DNA of 63,313 nt, counting the filler, from Phoronis australis (Eukaryota; Animalia; Phoronida), in the NCBI GenBank assembly GCA_002633005.1. It is 6 parts of 6 records of this genome, joined end to end, with 100 filler letters (N's around TTAATTAATTAA, not from the genome) between each part and the next. Parts side by side here need not be neighbours in the genome. Positions count along the whole stretch, not along the records: positions 1 to 23,899 come from NMRA01000059.1; 5 more parts are not named here. One strand, 5' to 3'. The notes under the pieces are model-generated. The model was not told where the DNA came from. It saw nothing but the letters and a program-made list of their open reading frames with translations, and did no database searches. A program made the position numbers and the translations under genes. This document shows positions 13,302 to 23,999 of this stretch, in pieces. Every line of letters begins with the position of its first letter. Positions within the stretch are counted from its first letter, which is position 1.

Positions 13302-14153
13302 CTAAAAACAATAACGAGAGATGTTCAAATGTCAAATTATTATAAGATTATCAAATGATTTGCTATGCAACAACCAGCTCTAATAAAACTGATTTCTCTT
13401 TTGTTGAACATAACTCGGGTAATTAACCTGACATTTAAGACAGAAGTGACCTCATAAAGTCAGATATCAGTCAATCACATGGCAGCTAGCAACCAATGAA
13501 TGTCACCATGTGATGAAATCATGTGCATTACAGCTTAGGACTGTATGAAAACTTGTGAAAAAAAGAAGAGTGTAATGAAGAATTGTCAGCAAGGATAGCT
13601 ATTAGGCAATGGCACATCCTAATATAGCCTGCATGATGGAAGATTTTCAGCAAATAACATAACCTTGGCTACACCTTTTGAGAGTAGATGGCCACATTTC
13701 CAGGCAGTTGGAGAGCTTTATAAATCTTTCCAATTCGAAAAAATACTCTCACAATTTAAACATTTTTCTCCAAACAGTCGTTCCATCAACAAAATCATGA
13801 ACTGAGCCATTCTGTTGTGATTGTATCACTTCAGGAGCATATTTATAACTATGATGTGTATTTTTTAAATCAATATTTAAGACAATCACAACCTCCAAAA
13901 TGAGTCAATCACTACGGCACTACACAGATGCTCCAAGAGATCACCAGTACTTGAAGCTTGGCCACCACTCCCATGGTAGTAGCTCTCCTACCTGGACAAA
14001 ATGACTTAATTAAAGAGATGCATTGGAAAGAAATCTTATTTACCGAAGTATTGGTTGAAGTTGGAAATATTTGAGATATTGGCAACTTCCAAAGGTATCC
14101 TATTGGCTTAGACAAAGACCATCGTTTCTACTGGCAGTGCCAGTAGAATTTGA

Positions 14154-14453
14154 GACGATGGAGCTCCTATAGGCGCTTCATATGTTGGAAGCTTTTTGTC
14201 AAAATATGACTGACTAAAACATCAGAGTCACATAGTTATAAATACCTTATGCCCATAGAGGGACACCTTATGAGGCCCTCGATGTAGTCAATTCCTTCCA
14301 ACTGGAACAAATACTCCCGTTATCAAACTTTTCCTTTGAGCAGTCAATTGTTCAGTTCCCAAAATCGGTAACTCACCATTTTTACACTGCGCAAGGCAGG
14401 TGATATGATGTCATATCACCTGCGTATGAAGCGTCTACAGGAGCTCCATTGTC
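14154..14453. mobile_element. MITE with 29-bp inverted termini in PSMG1 intron
   Basis: GACGATGGAGCTCCTATAGGCGCTTCATA versus TATGAAGCGTCTACAGGAGCTCCATTGTC; internal palindrome at 14396-14423. Confidence 0.65.
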
Positions 14454-14499
14454 CACCTTTTGGCTATGCTCAAGTTCAGTACTTACACAGTGTATACAG

Positions 14500-14653
14500 T
14501 GTTGTAGATGTGCTTCCAGTGAATTATACGAGCCTCTGTTAGCTACTCGCTAACGGGCAATTGCCTATTAGCTGAATGGTTAGCACGCTTGCCCATTTTA
14601 TGGGGGTCGCGGGTTGATTCCCGGGTCGGGTGATCTCGGCTATTACTACAACA
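14500..14653 (+). mobile_element. tRNA-like short element with TGTTGTAG...CTACAACA ends
   Basis: A-box TAGCTGAATGG and degenerate B-box GGTTGATTCCC, between 8-bp inverted termini. Confidence 0.45.
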
Positions 14654-14962
14654 GTACAACAGTATAGGCTCAAAGCAACTAGACAGGCAGTCTCAACTGG
14701 CCATCCCACAGGCCCTCCATACGCCGGAAGCTTTTCGGTGAGTAATGGCTCACACTGATATAGCTATCAAAATCATGTTACTGTAAGTACCTTTTGCCCA
14801 CAGAGTGCTAGTGACAGACCGGCGAAGCTTTCGTTCGAAGACAGGCAGTGTGACTGTCATTTTGTCAATACGTTAGGGACGTGACCGTCCTAGAAAAACC
14901 AGTACCAGTTCAGATTTCTAAAATCAAAACATTTTTTGACTCAGTTTTGAAGTGACACAAAC

Positions 14963-15060
14963 CTGTGTGTTCCTTGATCTTCATTCTCGCCATTGTCTTC
15001 GTCATCATCATCAACAGCCCTTGAAGAGACTGCAAACACTTCGCCAAGATAATTTGACAT
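14963..15060 (-). CDS. PSMG1: PSMG1 (proteasome assembly chaperone 1) coding exon 1
   Basis: MSNYLGEVFAVSSRAVDDDDEDNGENEDQGTH resembles the PAC1 N-terminus (MAATFFGEV...RA...acidic run). Donor AG|GTTTGT, phase 2. Confidence 0.9.
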
Positions 15061-15177
15061 TCTATGCTCTGAAGAAAAGGCCACATCCGGTTTAATTAGT
15101 TTTGCTGGATTGTCAATCGTGGCGCTGTTAGCATACGCGTGCCGTGATCGTCCGCTCACTGCCAGTGGCAGTTTACA

Positions 15178-15838
15178 GAAAATTCAGTTAGTGCCCAGTC
15201 TCACTAGAAGAGGCAGCTAGCCGTAGGTTGTTGCCGGCAAAAGCTCTGAGACAAAATACTCACTTGTGGCAGCCGTCACTTAAGTCGTCACCCCGCATTC
15301 CCGTGAACCCTATCCGAAGGGCTCCACCAGGCTAACCTATAGTTCGACGGGCGAGTGATGGTCACCACCGGGGTACGACTGACACACTGAAATCAGAGGC
15401 TGCCCGTTGATGTCGATACATGGGCGGCGCACCATAGGGGACTGGGAGTCTTTGATCCCGCCATCAACTGGTTGCACCCTATAACCTGGCTGCGTGAGCC
15501 GCTGCAGTTTGTTTTTTCAGTACCAGTGAGCTGCCCGATCGGACCTCGGGACCATAGAGGGATTTAGGGCCCTGCTCAGCCGGTCACGGGACGCTGTGCG
15601 ACCAAAACGAAACAATTAAAGAACGTACGCCATCGTCACTAGAGTGGTGTTTTCAACTACAGGTTACACCCGTTTGGTCGTTGCGGCCGGGCTCCCATCG
15701 TATCCTAAGGGCCGCCTCGCAGTGCTACACGGCATGCCGGGAGCCTGGTTCGACTCATTTAGGCCTATTCAAGTGAACAACTGAGTCAATATCTATTTAC
15801 AATCCGACGGTACTCGGTGGTCCTCAGTAACTGAAACC
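15178..15838 (-). ncRNA. Candidate large structured RNA of unknown family
   Basis: GC-rich island with many nested complementary segments, an end-closing 8-bp helix (15183-15190 with 15828-15835), G-U pairs favouring the minus strand, and no ORF in the track. Confidence 0.45.
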
Positions 15839-16526
15839 AATCCATGATAAGCGGCAGGTTTATGGCCTTGTAATATAAAGCGGATAGGAGCCGAAAGCTT
15901 TTCATGTAATTTTAAGGCGAAGTATCACAGCGTTCTCGCTGATCAGTAATGAAATTGTTTTCCTCTATTTTGAGATCAATATCGGCTATACTTGAAATCG
16001 TTTCAGTAAGTACAAGAATTCCCTGACATGTTGGTATGTTTGTATTCCTCATATGAAGGTCAAATATAAACTCACTTGTGCAACCGTATGCTAATCAACT
16101 TTTCATTGTTAGGTTGCGAGGCGTTAAATTCCAACTTGAAAGCCGGAGCGCCGTCTTTGAAAACTATTGTGCTGATTCATAATATGGGGCGAAACACTTT
16201 GTTTTATTTAGCGCCCCCTACTGATTAAAATAAAGTGACGCATGGGGCACATGTTTTTTGCTTCTGAGATAGAATCCCTGACATTTATTTATTCCAACTT
16301 GAAGCTTGCGATTCCGGTACGACTAATTAGCGTCGCGTGGGTTTACAATGTGTTATAATTAGAGACAGGTAACCGTAAACCTCATCACGTTCATCAGCAA
16401 CGCAGATTGTTTTTTCCTGTCTCAGTTGCTGCCGTTCAATAGATATCGAACATTGTTTTCAGGACTGTCCGTGTTCGTAGCAAAGAAACTTGCAGCTTAA
16501 CAGAAAAAAGTGTCGTACTCGTGTAA

Positions 16527-16564
16527 ATGTCGCAAAGAAACAACCTGGAGCCGAACAGAAAAAG
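16527..16564 (+). CDS. SLC16/MCT-like transporter, putative first coding exon
   Basis: ATG...MSQRNNLEPNRK AG|GTACGG, phase 2, splices in frame to the acceptor at 20489/20490. An upstream acceptor at 16462 suggests a further 5'UTR exon. Confidence 0.55.
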
Positions 16565-17008
16565 GTACGGTATATAACTATGCACTGCATACATGTTTTT
16601 AATTGGGAGGTTTAACTATAAATACGAGTGCAGTTGAAATCCGAGTTTCGGGAAAGAAGCAGAGCAGAGTCATCCAGGCATAGGACAACTGAGGATCTCA
16701 TATCGACAACACTTTTTAAAAAAATGATCACCATGTTTAAAAGAGAAACATCTAGTTCCCCTATTCGTGATGGCCTCATATTGCCCATTCGAGAGTAAGA
16801 TTAATATACAAAGGAAATATATTGGCCTTTAAAATACTGGATGTCAGAACAGTTTGTATGTCTCCTCACAGTCAAGGTACTTTATATGAGGACCTCATCG
16901 ACAGGTCTTTGTGTTGGTACGAATACCTGCAAAACCATACCACTATATATTAGTCGGTAAAAGTAGGCCTATGCATTTTATGAACATAATAAGCCTGCCA
17001 TACCGTGA

Positions 17009-17923
17009 CATAGGCGGATTTAGGGGGGGGGGCAGGGGGCCCGGCCCCCCCCCCNNNNNNNNNNNNNNNNNNNNNNNNNNNNNNNNNNNNNNNNNNNNNN
17101 NNNNNNNNNNNNNNNNNNNNNNNNNNNNNNNNNNNNNNNNNNNNNNNNNNNNNNNNNNNNNNNNNNNNNNNNNNNNNNNNNNNNNNNNNNNNNNNNNNNN
17201 NNNNNNNNNNNNNNNNNNNNNNNNNNNNNNNNNNNNNNNNNNNNNNNNNNNNNNNNNNNNNNNNNNNNNNNNNNNNNNNNNTTTTTTAAAGAAAATGGAA
17301 CCTGAGTGACGATGAAAAAACAGAAGCTGCTGGTAAGATGGGAATTTTAATAGAAGCCTTAGTGAATCACTCAGAAACTCGCAATACTCTCTTTGTCAAA
17401 CCTTATGTTAAGACGATTTCCAAAGCAATCCCCGGTCATTATTGCCAACACGAATAACGGATTTGGTCTTTTGGGCATTTTAAGACTATTTTGAATACGA
17501 CAAATTTGTTAAGAATCGATGGCACAAAACGTGTAATAAGCATTACAAAAAGAAGTAGGTTTCGCGCGCAAACGCTGTGGACCTTAAACAAGTAGGTCTC
17601 TTAGTAAGTGATGGTGTAGTGGTAACGCACGCGCGCTGTATGCGCAAGGTCGTGAGTTCGAGTCTTTGGTACTTGCAGTTTTTCCTGTTTGACGCGTTCT
17701 CCGTGTTTTTTTTCTGCCTTTTTTCTTGGTTAATACTTCAGAAATCAAGGAAAATAATTGATTTTTAGAGGTCAAAACAGAAAAATTTCCTGGGCAAACC
17801 CCCCTCCCGACCTCCCCCCATTTGGTGCTATGCGCATCTACAATCGTGGTTCAGTTTGCGCAAATGTTTACAGCCGGACAAAATATTGGGCCCCCCCCTT
17901 GTGATATCCTAGATCCGCCACTG
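17009..17923. mobile_element. Long hAT-like non-autonomous element with 5-bp TSD CGTGA (contains assembly gap)
   Basis: CATAGGCGGATTT...GATCCGCCACTG with CGTGA duplicated on both flanks. Confidence 0.75.
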
Positions 17924-20177
17924 CGTGAATATTACGCTTACAAGGAAGTCATGCATTTTAAAAGATATGCAGGAATTTTCACCGCTCGTCCTTCTGAGCG
18001 GCTTTCACTAGGATCAAAGAGAGTGCAGCGCCGGAGTCAGGTACAGTTGTGATGACCGCATTACCCGATGCGAGCAAGACCCAATAAGTGCAATTGCTCG
18101 ACCATAAACTGTATTAACCAGGCTGACTGTACCTAATGGCGAATTTTCAAAATGCATTAACCACTAATTTTTGTTAAAAACGAACACCACGGCGGTATTC
18201 AGCTGGAGAAAAACAACCAAGTACGGTTTTCGATTTTTAAAAATCGATGAATTAATAATTCAAAAACTACAAATATTGATATGATTGAAGATAAACTACC
18301 GCGCGTATTGATATACTCGGTGGATATACAAACGCTGATCAGAGTTAACAATATCACATGGATTCATTTTTTAACGTTCTTTCAACCTCGTTTAACCATT
18401 GTTTTGGCCAGGAAACAATTGTACTTAACTTGTGCCCACTTTTATTTTTTATTACTGACAAAGAGCTAGAATAGTTATATAGTCAGTGCCACCAAAATTG
18501 TTCAGAGATTCCAAGTCTTCAGTTTGGTTATCACCATATTTGCACTTTTGTATACTGATTTGAGTTCTAAAAAAGATTAAACTTTCATGAAATGTTTACT
18601 GTACATGTAACGTGGAAAGTTCAGGGATGGGCTCACAATGAACTAAAACTAATTAAGTTTCGCTGGCGATCAAAATCTACCACTATTTTGCTACTTTAAG
18701 TTTAAAACTTCGATAAAAAGTTATCAAACTGTCCCCGGTAAAGAAACAAGTAGGCAGAAGCATTAAATAACGAAAACCAATACGAAACAAATCGTTCCTT
18801 TGGGAAGTGGCTCTTTGTGAAGATAAGCACAAGTTAACCTTTTTAGTCATTTTGTAATATTTATAATGTACCAAGTTAAAACTACTCTCCAGAGTTGCAG
18901 GCTGTAACTCTGCAAATGTCAGAGATAACCAAATTGGGGATACTAACAACAACCATTGTTGAGACAGTAATGCTAGCTATTACCTTTCCACTTCATTAGC
19001 TCAGATCTACATCAATACAAAGGGCGTGCTGAATAGGCATCATAAAATTTGTCTGGGGCTAAGGGAATCTGAGTGGTGACCAGTGTAAGCGAGAAATTCT
19101 CCACAGGTAGATTTTCGACTCAATGCACATCAATGGGCGTATGCCATTAATTGGGTTACGTGACCATGCCCCTTAGTGAAGTTTAGGAAAAAAGAAAAGT
19201 AAATTCATAGCAAAACAACGAAATCGATAACAAAAACATATTCGATAGAAATGTCGAAGATGAAATTTCAAATACTCGCTGCTCCATTTTCTAAATTATA
19301 CATTTGTATTCACTTTATGCAGATTTTAATTGTCAAGAAAACCCTAATATCCCATTTTTTGGCTTATCATGCCAAAGCGAAATTTTTGAAAGCATTTTAG
19401 AGTTTATTTGAATTCAAACCAATCAGACACTTCTGAAATATGGTGTTCCGAGTTTAGGGACATTTGGGGTTTCCCTAGTTCTCACATTGGCTCTAGAGGA
19501 ACTCAAACCGTTTTTGATAAACATAAAGATCCCTAGAGCATGCGAACGTACGTCACAAGCCAATCCTGGCTTTCTTTTTAAAATTAAAAATTCGAGGTTA
19601 ATTGTTGTTCTTTTGACTAATGTTTGCTATCCATGGAACACAAGAATATCACGTGGACGGAGCGGCAAAAGGTAAACACCTTGGTTCTACATTATTTTCC
19701 AAAGACCAAACACAATAACCCTATTCCCTGTTGAACACAGACTGTTCCGATCATTCGGGTTTGCTCAACGGAGGTCAATATAGAGCCAATATGGGGGCCT
19801 ATTTCTAGACTGCTCATGTCAGATCCTGTTGTTCCATTGACAAGACATACCCCAGAAATATTAACACGGATAAAGTCTCTCCAAGATAACCAGGGACCTG
19901 TATTTTTCTTAAAGTAACATGATCAAAATGACTGTTTATCTCTTAAAATAAAACCAAACCAAACCTTGGATATAAATAGACTGTAGCTGTATAATCGTTG
20001 TTGATCCAACAATGCAAATAATAGCAGCGTGGGTAGCGACATTTTAATAAAATAGCAAGTTTGGCTTCATGTCGAACAAATTACTTAATTTGTCCTTTTC
20101 TGTATGAATGCATTCATGAGAAGCGTAAGATGCTTGCAAGTATTAGCAGGTTATGAGTTTGCTCAAAACCCTAATTT

Positions 20178-20353
20178 CATAGGCGGATGTAAGAGGGGTA
20201 GGCAACGGGCCAGACCCATCCTACGGACACAACCAAAGAAATAACATGTTGCCAGTGAACAGTTCGTAGGGATCACAAGGAATTTTCCTTCAAAAATGTG
20301 GTTGAGCTCCTTCTGGCCCCCTTCACTACATCCTACATGTACATCCGCCACTG
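20178..20353. mobile_element. hAT-like MITE
   Basis: CATAGGCGGATGTA...TACATCCGCCACTG terminal inverted repeat; no clear TSD. Confidence 0.6.
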
Positions 20354-20489
20354 GTTGTATTGAACATAGCATTGCAGGCCTAGTCTCGAAATTAGTCTAC
20401 ACTAATACTTGTTACCTAGTAATGTTAAAATGATATCATGTTTCCCATCGAAGCAGTCCTAAATTGTAGAATCTTATACATTGTCCTAG

Positions 20490-20728
20490 TCAAATGGTGC
20501 GACAGATGGATCCAGAAACCATGTCCGCCAACAGAGCTTCTTCACTTAAGCCTCGACTGACTCCAGACGCAATCGATGCACCCGAGGTACACAGCAAGGC
20601 GCCACTCGTCATAATGTGGGCATGTGCGTGCGTTGGAAGTGCATTCATCGAGGGTCTATATTATTCCTGTGGCGGACTGTTCCACACAACGTCTACGCAA
20701 TTTCTAGACTTTCCTCGCCTGGTAGTCG
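20490..20728 (+). CDS. SLC16/MCT-like MFS transporter exon (TM1 region)
   Basis: Acceptor ttgtcctag; hydrophobic segment PLVIMWACACVGSAFIEGLYYSCGGLF resembles MCT TM1 (G...S.G.F). Donor G|GTACGT, phase 1. Confidence 0.7.
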
Positions 20729-21486
20729 GTACGTTACAATTTGATAGTTGGCTACAATGTGTAAAGGAACCTGGTAGGTTACCACTTTGCTAACATAGCT
20801 TTGCATAACAAGTTCAGGTGTATTCACACCTTTAATTCCCGTAGACATGCGTCACCGAAGATACGTACAGAATCAGAAAGTATTTCTGAAGAAAGTATGC
20901 GGTTTTTAAGTGATAATTTTAAGTGTACAGTGTATTCTTGTCGATGTCGCCTACCACCCGTTTAAAATACAGGGTCGAAATTAGTTTAGAAAGCGATGGG
21001 AAGTATCGTAGCCCTTAAGCAGCCAATCGAGTTGTCACAACCACCACAAACGCAATGCCTCGACATACCTTATAATACCATAGACCACGAGAAAACGACC
21101 AGCAATAACTGACGACTTTTCGCACCAAACACAATAGAGGATGACTAGAGCTGGATAAATTCAGAACACGTAATGTCTCATGAGTGAATCGCTAATGACT
21201 GTAATTTGGACGACAATTCAGAACATTTACCACCTGTCACGACTGATACGAGTTAGATACATTTTCTTCTACCAATTAGTTGACCTACTTACTCTCTGCA
21301 GTGGTTGGTGTCTATAATGATGCCATCGATATCCCAGCTGTGCCTCTCGTTGAAGTAGATTGCCTTCCGTGAAAAAATGATCTTAGTAGTTGAAACTTGA
21401 CCCGGCACCCATCCCACTGAGTAAATTGCCTCTTTCAGTTCCCCTATGGAGAACGCACCAGGTGATGGTCTTGTTTAATTTTGCAG

Positions 21487-22073
21487 TCGCGCCGTTTATC
21501 ATGGTTGTGATAGTAGGACCCCTGTTTACTCCTCTTTTCGTCGGTATATGTCACCAACATGACTGTCGCCTTGTAGCTGTCACTGGGGGTTTTGTCGCCT
21601 GCCTTGGAATTCTCTTCACAAGCTTTGTTGACAACCCTTACCAAATCATCATTAGCTTTGGGCTATTCGTTAGCATTGGTCTTTCCATGATGTCGGTACC
21701 TTTGGAAGCTGCAATAGAGAATTTCACGTACACAAAGTGTCAAGAAACAGTTGCTCACACTCTTCGCACGTGCTGTGCTTTTGTTGGATTGGCTGCTATA
21801 TCCACTTCGGTGCTCAACGATTTTGTAGTGCATGGGTGGCCGAAGTCTTTTCAAACTCTGATAGCAGGGGCAGGGATTGGAACCGTCGCCAGTTTAATGT
21901 ACCAGCGGCCTCTGTCCTCTCCAGAAGATGACAACAAAGTAACCCCAAGCAACCCGAGACGTAGCTTTCTGGTGTGTTGTGGTTACACCATACTCAAGAG
22001 AGAAAGCGTTCGACTTTACCTGTTTTCTGAGGGTTTTGGGAAAGTAGGAACATACATCATGTTGCTGTTCTCG
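21487..22073 (+). CDS. SLC16/MCT-like MFS transporter exon (TM2-TM7); C-terminal exons missing
   Basis: CRLVAVTGGFVACLGILFTSF, IIISFGLFVSIGLS, GWPKSFQTL and LMYQRPL match the monocarboxylate-transporter pattern (GCRxV..GG, YGWR, LMRP). Acceptor ttttgcag (phase 1), donor TCG|GTAAGT. Confidence 0.8.
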
Positions 22074-23899
22074 GTAAGTGAATTTTTGGTTAATAGTGTA
22101 TAAGAATGGTGCCCGGAATTTGAGAACCAGTTTCCTTCACTGAATAACATGCATTTAACTGCTTCTCAAAGTCTGGTAATCCTGAAATTCATATTTTGAA
22201 AAGTAACACGACTATTTTGTTCGAGATCATGTTTTTTATTTAGTTCAGAGTACAGAACGATAGTAAACTTACCTTTTTCAAACGAACGACCAGTGCCAAG
22301 GAATACCAAACCACAATTCTGCGCGAAGCGTGGCACGCAATGTACCACGTGCGGGTTTCCAAACTTGTAGCAGAAAGTGGGGTGAAGTCGCCATGCTGTT
22401 TGATTAACCTTGCAAGCAATCTGTCGGCCAAAATTTTCAGTTTTAGGTTTGATGGCAAAGTCATGTTAGAAGCAAGCAATCATGTCCAGAATGTTTGGAT
22501 TTGGCATTCTTTGAACGTTTGGGGAATTGTTAAGCTGTATTGTTACCATGGTAACCGGGTTTTTGTCACGTACACCGTATTTAGGCTTGATGGCCGTCAT
22601 GATAGAAAAAGGCAAACGTGTTCTATGAATTTTAGTTACCCTCCCGAGAACCTTAGGGAAGTTGTCTCTCTTGAATGTGTACCTTGTCATGGTAACCAGT
22701 TAGTTTGGAATTATGACATTATTCTAAGCTGCGCTTGACACACCGTTACGAAATTTTGAAGTATTTAAATGCCTAAAGCAAACACTGTCACATGTAGTTT
22801 TACCAAAGATAACTAAGCCTAGTGGAACTATTTTGATAATCCAAGAATGGTTACCTTGGCAATTCATGTGTGCAAACACGGAAATGGCCTTTGGAACAAC
22901 ATAACGTTGGGTACTGCTAATGCAAAAGATTGACAAAATTCAATTACAAACATCAAAGACTTATGGGTGGTACACGTATGTCAGGACCAGTAGCACAATT
23001 TCGAAAATCCAAAAACAGCGTAAGTTACTAATGCAAATAAACCTGTCAACTGCCTCTTTAACGACACAAAAACAACACCAAACGCGCACTACAGAAGGAA
23101 TTACTTTTAGTTTTTTTGTCGCATAACAACAACAAGTACCTGTAGCATAATCTAAAAAATCTAAGTAAGGGTTGTCATGACCGTGGAATTGCAAATTCAT
23201 CACTAACATTGATGTCATTGAAACGTTTCGCAACTCTGCCGTTTTTCAACCGAATTGCATAAGAGCCATATCATTTGAAAGCCATTTGTCCGTTCTTGAT
23301 AATTATGTCAGAATCAAAAGATAAATAACTTAATTCATAATTTATTATCATTTCGCATTCATGACTGGTTTAAAACTATTTTTTAATTCTAAAAAACAAG
23401 AGTGTTACCAAAATGCGAAAAATAACAGTGTACAATAGTAACTTTAAAAGGAAATGGTCCAGATATGTTATATAATTGACTAGTTAAGCCATTAGAGGAA
23501 ATTTTTCAATTAGTCAAAAGACTTCTACTAGTCGGTGGGCCAGATTTTGTAGGGCCTCTAGAAAATGGTTTTTGTGAGTACTTTAGGGGGGCAATTTTAT
23601 TTTGGTGTTTTTTAGTTCATTTATTAGAGTGTTTTCAAAATCTAAAAAGTTCCCACATATAAAGTTGCACATTTTTGAGAAATTTGAGTTTGAAGTTACC
23701 TAATAATCACCAAAGAGCTTAGTAAACTTATATTTGTAAAAACAACAGTTTTGGTGACTTTTTTGTAAAACAAGTAATATGGTCCCATCAGTGCCATTGT
23801 ATTGAACAATATTACACTCACATTACATGTTTTACTATTGTAAATTAATTGTAAACAGTGAAATTTAAAAAACGTAAAGAGACACCTAGTGGCAAAAAT

Positions 23900-23999
23900 N
23901 NNNNNNNNNNNNNNNNNNNNNNNNNNNNNNNNNNNNNNNNNNNTTAATTAATTAANNNNNNNNNNNNNNNNNNNNNNNNNNNNNNNNNNNNNNNNNNNN
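23900..23999. other. Artificial contig spacer N44-TTAATTAATTAA-N44 (also 26304-26403, 31394-31493, 46532-46631, 59633-59732)
   Basis: Five identical 100-bp blocks; the 12-mer places stop codons in all six frames. Confidence 0.97.

Noticed and set aside
15541-15550. GGACCTCGGG, identical to a stretch of human RNase MRP RNA as I recall it
   Set aside because: The required flanking GAAAGTCCCC and 3' GGGGCT P4 strands are absent; a chance 10-mer.
15330-15570. Telomerase RNA identity for the structured island (CTAACCTA on +, CCCTAA on -)
   Set aside because: The minus strand has only CCCTAA with no alignment region. The plus-strand TTAGG-type template lies on the strand disfavoured by G-U pairing, and no canonical U-rich pseudoknot or P6.1 is seen.
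17611-17670. Functional tRNA gene
   Set aside because: A/B boxes are present but there is no acceptor stem or complete cloverleaf, and it lies inside a MITE.
21390-21486. N-terminal part of the 237-aa ORF in the track
   Set aside because: Intronic read-through upstream of the acceptor at 21486, starting at a TTG that is not a plausible eukaryotic start.
23944-23955. Recurrent TTAATTAATTAA motif within N runs (five times)
   Set aside because: Identical 100-bp spacer with six-frame stops; an assembly artefact, not biology.
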